Shown here one piece after another: positions 1 through 8,317 of a stretch of 64,000 bases of DNA (position 1 is the stretch's first letter; the number at the start of each line of letters is the position of its first letter). The notes beneath the pieces are model-generated. The model searched no databases, was not told the origin of the DNA, and saw only the letters and a list, made by a program, of their open reading frames with translations. The position numbers were made by a program, and so were the translations under genes. This DNA is from Candidatus Woesearchaeota archaeon (GTDB taxonomy: Archaea; Nanobdellota; Nanobdellia; SCGC-AAA011-G17; UBA489): contig JAERTB010000010.1 of assembly GCA_016845225.1 (NCBI GenBank), positions 12,294 through 76,293 of the forward strand, read 5' to 3'.

Positions 1-1003
1 TATTTTCTTGAACCAATTTATTTGTTTGTTTAATTGCTGACTGTATTTGTTTATTGGATAAAATGTTTTTTGATGCTTTGCTTGTTTCAGTTTCTAGTTT
101 TTTGAAGTAATCTTGTAATGCTTTTGGTGTTTGGGTTTCTATTAATCCTAATGCATGGTTTAACTTAATCATTGCAGCTACATCTGAAACACCTCTGTAT
201 GCTAAGAAATCTCCTGCTTTGATACTCTGTTGTAAACTTCTTTGATAAGATAACAGATCTGTTTTGTTTATTACTGATGCAGGTTTTGTAAATCCATACA
301 TTTTCAATCCTGTTGCTCTAGACTTATACTGGCCCTTTAAACTTGCCTGTATTGTTTGAAACTCTTCTGGAAGTTTTACTTTGATGTTTTCATTTTCTTT
401 TTGTTGTATATGAACTGCAAGATCTTTATCTGTTTCAGTTCTTAATTCGATATTTTTTATAAATAAGTTAGAACAAACTTCAGATACTTTTTCTTTTGTT
501 GCTCCTGGAGATGCAGTCAATGCAAGAATTAAATTATTCTTTGCTTCTTTATTGTATTCTTTTGCAACGACTGTATTTGCAAATTTTTCTTTAGATCTAT
601 GGCATTCATCTATTACTAAAAGTGATGTGTCCTTTAGAGAGATTCTTTTATTTTGTGTGTCAAATTGAATTGTCTGAGGTGTGGCTACAATTACTTTTGA
701 TTTTGAAAATATCTTTGATCTTTCTTTCGGTTTTATTGTTCCAGTTAATAGGTTTATTTCTTCTTTTGGGATGTCAGTATTAGATTTAATCTCTTCACAA
801 ATTTGAGAAGATAATGGTTTGGATGGAGAGACAATTATTATGTTACTTTTTGGAAATTTGTTTAACCTTTCTATCAAGAGCAATATTGCTAGTTTGGTTT
901 TTCCTGTGCCTGTTGGCAAACAGACTAATGTATTTTGAGTTTTTGAACTATTAAATATGGTATTTTGGTATTCTCTGGCCTGAAATCCTATTATTTTGTA
1001 CAT
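1..1003 (-). CDS. hef: Hef/ERCC4-like (Mph1/FANCM family) SF2 helicase, N-terminal part (runs off window)
   Basis: Manual minus-strand translation from ATG at 1003: MYKIIGFQAREYQ...LVCLPTGTGKT (Q motif, Walker A), LVIDECH (motif II), LALTASPG (motif III). Not in ORF track because truncated. Confidence 0.85.
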   Translation of the reverse strand, partial: MYKIIGFQAREYQNTIFNSSKTQNTLVCLPTGTGKTKLAILLLIERLNKFPKSNIIIVSPSKPLSSQICEEIKSNTDIPKEEINLLTGTIKPKERSKIFSKSKVIVATPQTIQFDTQNKRISLKDTSLLVIDECHRSKEKFANTVVAKEYNKEAKNNLILALTASPGATKEKVSEVCSNLFIKNIELRTETDKDLAVHIQQKENENIKVKLPEEFQTIQASLKGQYKSRATGLKMYGFTKPASVINKTDLLSYQRSLQQSIKAGDFLAYRGVSDVAAMIKLNHALGLIETQTPKALQDYFKKLETETSKASKNILSNKQIQSAIKQTNKLVQEN

Positions 1004-1042
1004 TTTCGAATATTATTTAAATTAATTTTTTTTGTTAAAGTG

Positions 1043-1318
1043 ATGTTATTACAAATTATGGGTATTGTAGATGTATTGGCTGCAATATTATTGACTCTTA
1101 ATTACTTGGGCTTTGGGTTTTCTCTCTTATTTTATCTTTCAATCTTTATTGTTATTAAATCATTATTGTTTTTTGATGGTATTGTCGGAGTAATAGACCT
1201 AATTGGAGGTTTATTGATTTTATGGGTTACTCTTTTTTCCATTCAATTATATCCTTTGATTACAGGAGTTTTAGTTTTCTGGTATTTACAAAAAGGGTTT
1301 CTTAGTCTTGTTGGTTAG
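1043..1318 (+). CDS. small polytopic membrane protein, unknown function
   Basis: ORF 965..1318; start moved to ATG 1043 to avoid overlap with helicase; 3-4 hydrophobic segments. Confidence 0.7.
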   Translation: MLLQIMGIVDVLAAILLTLNYLGFGFSLLFYLSIFIVIKSLLFFDGIVGVIDLIGGLLILWVTLFSIQLYPLITGVLVFWYLQKGFLSLVG

Positions 1319-1320
1319 AT

Positions 1321-2076
1321 TTATTCTGCTTTCTTTTTTCCAAAAGAAACTATATAATTTAATCCCATAAAGAACACTGCAGAAACTAACCCTAAAATTA
1401 GTGATTGTAGTGGAGTTAGAATTTTAGTTAGGTAATATGTGCCTATAATAAAAGTAATTACAAATACATATTTTATGGGCCCATAAATGTAAGTCATAAG
1501 ACCGTTTAGTTTTGGGAATGGGAGCATTGTACAAAATGCAATTGAAAATGGAATTAGTGTTAAATTATTTAAATCTGGATTCTTGATTGAACTCAATAAA
1601 ATTGCAAGCAATGTTAATGTTATTGGTCCTATTATTGCAATATTTGCAGTTTCTTTTTCTGTTGGCTCTGCATATTTTTTCCCAATTCTTTTTTTAGACA
1701 ATGTTTCTAATTCTGGAGAGATTATTCCAGAGAAGAATAATTTTCCCTTTGAAAATAAAGCAATGAATAAAGGCAGTATAATTCCCCATTGAATGCTTGT
1801 TTTGTGAAGTATTGCTCCTTTTGGAAATCCAAATCTTTTAGAATTCCAGATGCTAAATGTGGTTTTAACCCCTTTTTTTAGAGCATAACTTTTAGTTGTT
1901 TTTACAAATACAAATAAGAAAAACAAAGATATGAAAACTTGTTGTAAATAATTTTTAATCCAGATAATCTTATTGAAAAATTCTCCTGTATTGTATGCTG
2001 CACCAAAAACAAATCCTAAAATTATTGATGCTAAGATTATTTCTTTTGTTTCTTTCCAACTGTTTTTCTTTTCCAT
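1321..2076 (-). CDS. site-2 protease (M50)-like membrane protein, catalytic motifs degenerate
   Basis: IAIIGP and MLPFPKLNG resemble the M50 AGP and NxxPxxxLDG motifs; HExxH is absent; lies downstream of traB-like gene. Confidence 0.6.
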   Translation of the reverse strand: MEKKNSWKETKEIILASIILGFVFGAAYNTGEFFNKIIWIKNYLQQVFISLFFLFVFVKTTKSYALKKGVKTTFSIWNSKRFGFPKGAILHKTSIQWGIILPLFIALFSKGKLFFSGIISPELETLSKKRIGKKYAEPTEKETANIAIIGPITLTLLAILLSSIKNPDLNNLTLIPFSIAFCTMLPFPKLNGLMTYIYGPIKYVFVITFIIGTYYLTKILTPLQSLILGLVSAVFFMGLNYIVSFGKKKAE

Positions 2077-2753
2077 TTTTGTTTTTTTAGTAGTTTGATT
2101 ATTCCTTCAATATGTCCAGCACCTAAAACTGCAACAATCTTTTCATCTTTGTGTAGATTTGATATTTTATATAAGTTTCTTGCCATGTATACATCTCTAT
2201 CTGTGATTAAACTTCTATAAATTGAAGGATAAGTCTTTTTCATTTTCCTTGTTAACTTCTCAATCATCTTTTTAGGAGGCACTTTAGAAATATCTATTTC
2301 AATTTTATTTTTTGATTTTCTAGAAAAAATAGCAATTAATATTTCTCTTAGAAAACTAAACTTTTCTTTCCATGTTATTCGTTTAGAAATATTTCTCAGA
2401 GTTATTGATATTTCTTGATCAATCAAGGCTATAGGTATTTTTTCTTTTTTTGCAATGGATATTGCCTTTTTCATTTCAGATCCAGGTGTAGCTCCAGTAA
2501 CTTTTCCCATCTTATGTTCTATCCATGAACCTAAAACCCCAAATAAATATCCCTTTATGCCTATTTTTTTAATATCTGAAATTTTTAGTTTTCTCTTTCT
2601 TTTTGTTATTAAAGAATAAAGTCTTGATTTGTCTAATTCAATAGCTATTAATTTTGGATTGTTTTTTGAAATTGATTCTTGAACTTCCAGGATGCTATCT
2701 TTTGAGATGTGGGATGTACCTACAAAGTGGATATTTTTAAACTGACGCTTCAT
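2037..2753 (-). CDS. TraB/PrgY/GumN family protein
   Basis: FVGTSHIS, IAIELDKSR, PGSEMKKA, LITDRDVYMA, VAVLGAGHIEG motifs. Confidence 0.9.
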   Translation of the reverse strand: MKRQFKNIHFVGTSHISKDSILEVQESISKNNPKLIAIELDKSRLYSLITKRKRKLKISDIKKIGIKGYLFGVLGSWIEHKMGKVTGATPGSEMKKAISIAKKEKIPIALIDQEISITLRNISKRITWKEKFSFLREILIAIFSRKSKNKIEIDISKVPPKKMIEKLTRKMKKTYPSIYRSLITDRDVYMARNLYKISNLHKDEKIVAVLGAGHIEGIIKLLKKQKWKRKTVGKKQKK

Positions 2754-2822
2754 ACTATCAAATAATACGGAAACTTTTATAAACTTTGAGTAGTTTTTTA
2801 TGCTGTTTTAGGAGGAATACAC

Positions 2823-3125
2823 ATGCTTAAATTAAGAAAAATGACTTCTGTATATGACATGAAAGTTTTTACAGATAACGGAGATTATTTTGGTGACGTT
2901 GAAGAAGCAATTGTTACTATGACAAAAGTATTTGGTTGGAGAATTAGAGCAACTAGAAACTCATCATTATCACAAGCACTAGGTGGTGCTAAAGGTGTAA
3001 TTGTTCCTCACAGACTTGTAAAAGCTGTCGGTGACATTATGGTAATAAGTAAAACTGCAATTCCAGAATATGGGGATGCGGCAGAAGAAACAGCTCCTGC
3101 AGAAATGGCTGAGGGAGAAATTTAG
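2823..3125 (+). CDS. PRC-barrel domain protein (CdpB-like)
   Basis: VFTDNGDYFGDVEEA and VIVPHRLVKAVGDIMVI pattern; GGAGG RBS upstream. Confidence 0.85.
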   Translation: MLKLRKMTSVYDMKVFTDNGDYFGDVEEAIVTMTKVFGWRIRATRNSSLSQALGGAKGVIVPHRLVKAVGDIMVISKTAIPEYGDAAEETAPAEMAEGEI

Positions 3126-3159
3126 TTTCTTTAAAATAAAGAAAGGGGTGTGATTAATT

Positions 3160-3690
3160 ATGGCTTCGCCATTAGTAAATGCAGTAGAATTTATGAAATC
3201 GTTTGGAGTTTTTGATGTAGTTTTACCTTTCTTATTGGTATTTACAGTTATTTTTGGTGTATTGGAAAAAACAAAAATCTTTGGTGAAGAGAATGGCAAG
3301 ACTCGAAAGAATATTAATTCTATGGTGGCATTTTCTGTAGCTTTCTTTGTGATTGCAGCAACTCAAGTTGTAAGTGTTATGCAAGCTGCATTGCCTATGA
3401 TTATGTTGTTATTAGTTTTGGTAATTGCGTTTATGATTGTTTATGGTTCAACATTGAGTGAAGGTAAAATGAATCTTTGGGACAATATGGATAAGGCAAA
3501 AAAAGCATTTACCTTTGGTTTATTTGTTGCAATAATTGCTATTGTTCTTGGAGCAATGGATATGCTCGGAGGAATAATTAATTGGATATTTGCCTCTGTA
3601 AGTGGTCCTGCAGTGTCTACAGTTATTTTATTATTAGTTGTAGGGATTTTTATGTGGATTGTAGTTGGAAAAGATAATTCTAGTGATTAA
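3160..3690 (+). CDS. conserved multi-TM membrane protein, paralog 1
   Basis: GVFDVVLPFLLVFTVIFGVLEK...KNINSMVAF; about 5 TM segments; similar to the two following genes. Confidence 0.85.
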   Translation: MASPLVNAVEFMKSFGVFDVVLPFLLVFTVIFGVLEKTKIFGEENGKTRKNINSMVAFSVAFFVIAATQVVSVMQAALPMIMLLLVLVIAFMIVYGSTLSEGKMNLWDNMDKAKKAFTFGLFVAIIAIVLGAMDMLGGIINWIFASVSGPAVSTVILLLVVGIFMWIVVGKDNSSD

Positions 3691-3755
3691 TTTTAATATA
3701 AAAAACATTAAAAAGGAGTTAGTGTTATAATAATTAATCAATGAGGTGAAATTTA

Positions 3756-4328
3756 ATGGATTTTTATCAATTAACAGCAATGCTTGATCAGGTTGGAGGA
3801 TTTGACATATTACTTCCTTTTATTTTAGTATTTACTATGGTGTTTGCAGTACTGCAAAAGATTAATTTATTTGGTTCTGGTAAGAAGAATATTAATGCTG
3901 TTATTTCACTTGTTATTGCATTATTCTTTTTGAATAATACTTATTTAGTTTATACTTTGCAGAGATTTTTACCTAATGTTTCAATAATACTTGTGGTGTT
4001 TTTAATGTTTTTATTGATTTTGGGAATTTTCGCTGGAGAAACCAAATTTACAGATAAGGCATTAGGATTGACGTTCTTCATTTCTATTGGAGCAGTTTTA
4101 TTTGCGTTATTTTCAGATGTCTTTAATCCAATTGGTTATGGAGATTATGGCGGAGGTCTTGGAGGTCTTTATTATTCAATTGATCCCGGAACAAGATTTA
4201 TGGCGTGGATGTTGCTAATTGGTGTGATGTTTGTTATGTTTGTAATGAAAGATGACGATTCTGGTAAGGGAAAAGATTTTGGAGATGTTCTTGAATCTTT
4301 TGGAAAGAGTATAAAAAAAGGAAAATAA
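3756..4328 (+). CDS. conserved multi-TM membrane protein, paralog 2
   Basis: GGFDILLPFILVFTMVFAVLQK...KNINAVISL; GAGGTG RBS. Confidence 0.85.
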   Translation: MDFYQLTAMLDQVGGFDILLPFILVFTMVFAVLQKINLFGSGKKNINAVISLVIALFFLNNTYLVYTLQRFLPNVSIILVVFLMFLLILGIFAGETKFTDKALGLTFFISIGAVLFALFSDVFNPIGYGDYGGGLGGLYYSIDPGTRFMAWMLLIGVMFVMFVMKDDDSGKGKDFGDVLESFGKSIKKGK

Positions 4329-4331
4329 TAG

Positions 4332-4847
4332 ATGGCAACAATATTTGAAGCAAGCGGAGTTGGAGGGGCACTTTCATTAGTGTTTGTTTTTATCTTAGTT
4401 TTTGCTGTAATGTATGCTTTATTGAAAAAGATTGGATTTTTAGGTAAATCTGATGGACTTAATGCAATTGTTGCGTTTATTTTTGCAATGTTAACATCAA
4501 TGTCTCCTGGAAGTGAAATTGTTGTTGGAAGTTTTTTACCTTGGTTCTTTATGTTTATGTTTTTAGTTTTAATGATATTCATGTTTTTTATGTTTATTGG
4601 AGTTAATAATTCAACGATGGAAGATGTTGCAAAAAATAGTACTGTGGTTACAATATCTCTTGTTGCAATAATTGTTTTATTCTTAGTTGCATTGACTAAG
4701 GCTTATGGGCCTTTCTTGATGGTGACTCAAGGTACTGGATTCTGGGCAACAACTAAGAGATTAATATTTAGTAGAAATGTATTGGGATTAATATTCATGC
4801 TAGTGGTTGCATCAAGGGCTATTAGTTTCCTAAGTGAAAATAAATAA
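4332..4847 (+). CDS. conserved multi-TM membrane protein, paralog 3
   Basis: VFVFILVFAVMYALLKK...GLNAIVAF; starts 3 nt after the previous stop. Confidence 0.85.
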   Translation: MATIFEASGVGGALSLVFVFILVFAVMYALLKKIGFLGKSDGLNAIVAFIFAMLTSMSPGSEIVVGSFLPWFFMFMFLVLMIFMFFMFIGVNNSTMEDVAKNSTVVTISLVAIIVLFLVALTKAYGPFLMVTQGTGFWATTKRLIFSRNVLGLIFMLVVASRAISFLSENK

Positions 4848-4866
4848 TTTTAGAAAAAATTAATTT

Positions 4867-5535
4867 TTATTCTTTTAAGTCTCTGATTAATTTTTCAAGA
4901 GCTTTAACATTAGTAGTTAATGGGCTGATGATGTTTGAAAGTAATTTGCCTAATGCTTTAATTTCAATTCCTACATCTGAGATTGAGTGATCATATTCTT
5001 TAACTCTTCCAACAACAGAGTTTTGTAAGTTTTCAAACCTATTTTGCATTCTCATAATTTCTTGCTTAATTGCATTGATATCATTGTTAGTTTTTTCTTT
5101 CCAAGCATTAATGTCTCCCAATTCTTCTACCATTTTATGCCATTTCTCTTCAATAATAGACTCTGCTATTTCTTCCATATCTTCGCCTGTAGGTTGAATA
5201 GATGGTGGATTAAATTGAGCAACTGGCTCCTGGATTTGGGGGATGCTGAATTCTTCTGGCATACCTGAAGGTGCAGGAGGAGTAGGTTCTTGCAGAGGCA
5301 TAGTTTCTTGTGCCATTGGTGCAGTTTGTTCTTCTGAATAAATTACAGAAGGTTGCATTGCTTCTTCTTTTGGTTCAGAGCTTTCAATTACGCTCTTAGC
5401 TTGAGCCTGATTAAGCGCTTCAGAAATTTGTTGAAATGTATATCCTTGGGTCTGAAGAGATTGTATAATCTCTGTATTTGGCTTACCTACTTTTTGTAAT
5501 TCTAATACTTTTTCAATCGGACTGTTTTCTGGCAA
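4867..5535 (-). CDS. cytoplasmic protein: small N-terminal helical domain, Pro/Glu linker, C-terminal coiled coil
   Basis: G-x5-I-x3-L-x3-GY-x4-I-x2-A N-terminal motif; heptad-rich C-terminus; start overlaps the end of the 5513..5935 gene. Confidence 0.8.
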   Translation of the reverse strand: MPENSPIEKVLELQKVGKPNTEIIQSLQTQGYTFQQISEALNQAQAKSVIESSEPKEEAMQPSVIYSEEQTAPMAQETMPLQEPTPPAPSGMPEEFSIPQIQEPVAQFNPPSIQPTGEDMEEIAESIIEEKWHKMVEELGDINAWKEKTNNDINAIKQEIMRMQNRFENLQNSVVGRVKEYDHSISDVGIEIKALGKLLSNIISPLTTNVKALEKLIRDLKE

Positions 5536-5935
5536 CTTTTACACCTCGTTTAGTTTTAGGTTTGTTTAAATCTAATTTAAAGCTTTCTAATCTTTCTTCT
5601 AGCTGTTCATCTGTTACAAGTTTTAATATATTTATCATATCTATGTATTTTTCTAACATTTTGATTTGATCTTTTTTGGCAAAAATACTTAATTCTTTTA
5701 CAACATCTTTTACCACTTCTTGTGTACTTGCAATATTCATTCTTGTGGTTTTAGAATCTTTGGAAATATTTCTCATTTCTTCCATTAGTTTTTTGTATTC
5801 TTGAATCATATTTTGATTAATAACTAATAGTCTTTCAGTTAATATGTTGTATTTATTTTCTAAAGAACGTACTCTCGAATTTAAGTCTGCTACAATGTGT
5901 GATTGATCTGTTGGATTATAGTCTGGCATTGCCAT
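5513..5935 (-). CDS. coiled-coil protein divergent from pilus ATPase
   Basis: 140 aa heptad-rich ORF (LNSRVRSLENKYNILTERL); GAGGT RBS on minus strand. Confidence 0.8.
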   Translation of the reverse strand: MAMPDYNPTDQSHIVADLNSRVRSLENKYNILTERLLVINQNMIQEYKKLMEEMRNISKDSKTTRMNIASTQEVVKDVVKELSIFAKKDQIKMLEKYIDMINILKLVTDEQLEERLESFKLDLNKPKTKRGVKVARKQSD

Positions 5936-6039
5936 GGTTTGTACCTCTTCTAAGTTATTCTTATGTCATATTCTATTTAAATACTTTCTTTGAACTTGAG
6001 ATTGGTAAATTATATAAGCAATTTGAGCAAAATATTAGT

Positions 6040-8316
6040 ATGGTTTTAGAAAAAGCTGGTGGTTATGAGGTAGTTAGGGAAGGTAATGAAGAAATACTGA
6101 AAGTCAATGCTGCTTCTTGGTCTTATACCCCTTCTTTAGAAGATAATTCTAATGTTATGTCTAATGTTGTTGATATGTTAGTAAGTTCTCCAGGTGTTAA
6201 AAGAATTATTTTTCATCAACAAAAAAAGTTTGTTTATTCTTATGACCAAACATTATTATTAGTTGAAATTGCTGGAGTGTACAATCATTTAATTAAAGGT
6301 AAAAGGGTTTTGAGTATTGCTAGTTGGGGATTTGATGAAATAAGTTCTAGATTTTTTGGAGATAAGTTAGGCGAAATACAATATCTTGTATTGAATTTGT
6401 TGAAAAGTGATCCATTGGGAGCATATGTTGAAGCGCGAAGAATTTTACGTGAAGAAAGAATTCTTTTTGAAAGAGATAATGATGATAGAGTTGCAAGAAC
6501 AAGAGCTAGTTATATTAAATTACTTACTGAGATTTTAGATTTATTAGAAAATACTCGCTTAATTAAATTAATGGGAGATAAATTAGATGGGTACCATATT
6601 GGAGATAGAGGCACTTATCGTGAAGTTTTCAGAGCAATAATCACACCTGATTTTATGTATACTCGTTTGAAGTCAAATCCTCCTCTTGAAGGTGAGGAAT
6701 TAGATTTCTACATGGTTGGTAATAATGAAGTTACATTATTCAGAATGCCTAATGATATTAAAACATATTATCATGTGGTTCCTGTCGAATTTAAATTAAA
6801 AGAAGATGAATACGAATTATTAGATATTGCTAAAAATGTATTGGCAGGACATAAACCTAGAAATGAAGAATTTTTAGATCCTGAAAGAATGAGAATTACA
6901 TTCTTTAATATTGGAAGAGATTTATTGGGAGAACTTGCAAAAAATAAAGGTTATGATATTCCTTATGAGAGACTTGGAGAACTTGCAGGAATTTTAGTTA
7001 GATATACTGTTGGTTTTGGATTAATTGAAGTTTTACTTGCAGACCCTAAGGTTCAAGATATTACTGTAAATAGTCCTGTTGGAAAAACTCCTATGTTTTT
7101 AGTTCATCAAGAATATGGTGATTGTTACACTAATGTTTCTCCTAGTTTTGATGATGCTGAAAGTTGGGCAACTAAATTTAGATTGTTAAGTGGTAGGCCT
7201 TTAGATGAAGCAAATTCTGTTTTAGATACAGAGTTAGAAGTTCCAGGTGGAAGAGCGAGAGTTGCTATTATGTCTAAACCTCTTAGTCCACAAGGATTGG
7301 CTTTTGCATTTAGAAGACACAGAGATAGACCTTGGACATTACCCTTATTTGTTCATAATGGGATGATGAATTCTATGGGTGCGGGATTGATTAGTTTTAT
7401 GATTGATGGTGCGAGAACAATGTTGGTTGCAGGAACAAGAAGCAGTGGTAAGACAAGTTTACTTGGAAGTTTTTTGGTTGAAATTATGCGTAAGTATAGG
7501 ATTATTACAGTTGAAGATACATTAGAACTCCCTGTAAAATATATGAGAGGATTAGGATATAATATTCAAAATATGAAAGTAAGGTCTGCATTAAGTAAGG
7601 GTGGTGCAGAAATGGGTGCAGATGATGGAATCCGTACAAGTTTAAGATTGGGAGATAGTAGTTTAATTGTTGGAGAAGTTAGAAGTGTTGAGGCACGTGC
7701 ATTATACGAAGCGATGAGAACTGGTGCGTTGGCAAATGTAGTTGCAGGAACAATCCACGGTGCTAGTCCTTATGGTGTGTATGACAGAGTTGTAAATGAT
7801 TTAGATGTTCCTAAAACAAGTTTTAAAGCAACAGATGCAATTATTGTTTCTAATCCTGTTAAAAGTGCAGATGGATTGAATAGTTGGAAGAGAGTTTTAT
7901 CGATAACAGAAGTTAGAAAACATTGGACAGATGATCCTTTGGCAGAAAGAGGGTTTATGGATTTGATGAAGTATGATTCTAAAAAAGATGAATTGGTTCC
8001 TACTCCTGATTTAATAAATGGTGAAAGTGAAATTATTAAATCAATTGCAGGAAATGTTAAAGAGTGGGCAGGAAATTGGGATGCAGTTTGGGAAAATATT
8101 ATGTTGCGTGGAAAGATTAAACAAGCATTAGTCGATTATGCAGTTAAAACGAATAATTTAGAAATTTTAGAATCTAATTTTACTGTAGCTTCAAATGATA
8201 TGTTTCATAGATTAATTGAACAGGTTAGAACTGAAGTTGGTGGAATTGATAGTAAAAGAGTTTATCAAGAATGGGACGATTGGGTAAGAGGATATATACG
8301 TACGTATAAACGATAA
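6040..8316 (+). CDS. type II/IV secretion / pilus assembly ATPase (VirB11/TadA/PilB family) with long N-terminal extension
   Basis: Walker A AGTRSSGKTS, Asp box TVEDTLEL, Walker B LIVGEVR, TIHG; start moved to ATG 6040. Confidence 0.95.
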   Translation: MVLEKAGGYEVVREGNEEILKVNAASWSYTPSLEDNSNVMSNVVDMLVSSPGVKRIIFHQQKKFVYSYDQTLLLVEIAGVYNHLIKGKRVLSIASWGFDEISSRFFGDKLGEIQYLVLNLLKSDPLGAYVEARRILREERILFERDNDDRVARTRASYIKLLTEILDLLENTRLIKLMGDKLDGYHIGDRGTYREVFRAIITPDFMYTRLKSNPPLEGEELDFYMVGNNEVTLFRMPNDIKTYYHVVPVEFKLKEDEYELLDIAKNVLAGHKPRNEEFLDPERMRITFFNIGRDLLGELAKNKGYDIPYERLGELAGILVRYTVGFGLIEVLLADPKVQDITVNSPVGKTPMFLVHQEYGDCYTNVSPSFDDAESWATKFRLLSGRPLDEANSVLDTELEVPGGRARVAIMSKPLSPQGLAFAFRRHRDRPWTLPLFVHNGMMNSMGAGLISFMIDGARTMLVAGTRSSGKTSLLGSFLVEIMRKYRIITVEDTLELPVKYMRGLGYNIQNMKVRSALSKGGAEMGADDGIRTSLRLGDSSLIVGEVRSVEARALYEAMRTGALANVVAGTIHGASPYGVYDRVVNDLDVPKTSFKATDAIIVSNPVKSADGLNSWKRVLSITEVRKHWTDDPLAERGFMDLMKYDSKKDELVPTPDLINGESEIIKSIAGNVKEWAGNWDAVWENIMLRGKIKQALVDYAVKTNNLEILESNFTVASNDMFHRLIEQVRTEVGGIDSKRVYQEWDDWVRGYIRTYKR

Positions 8317-8317
8317 G

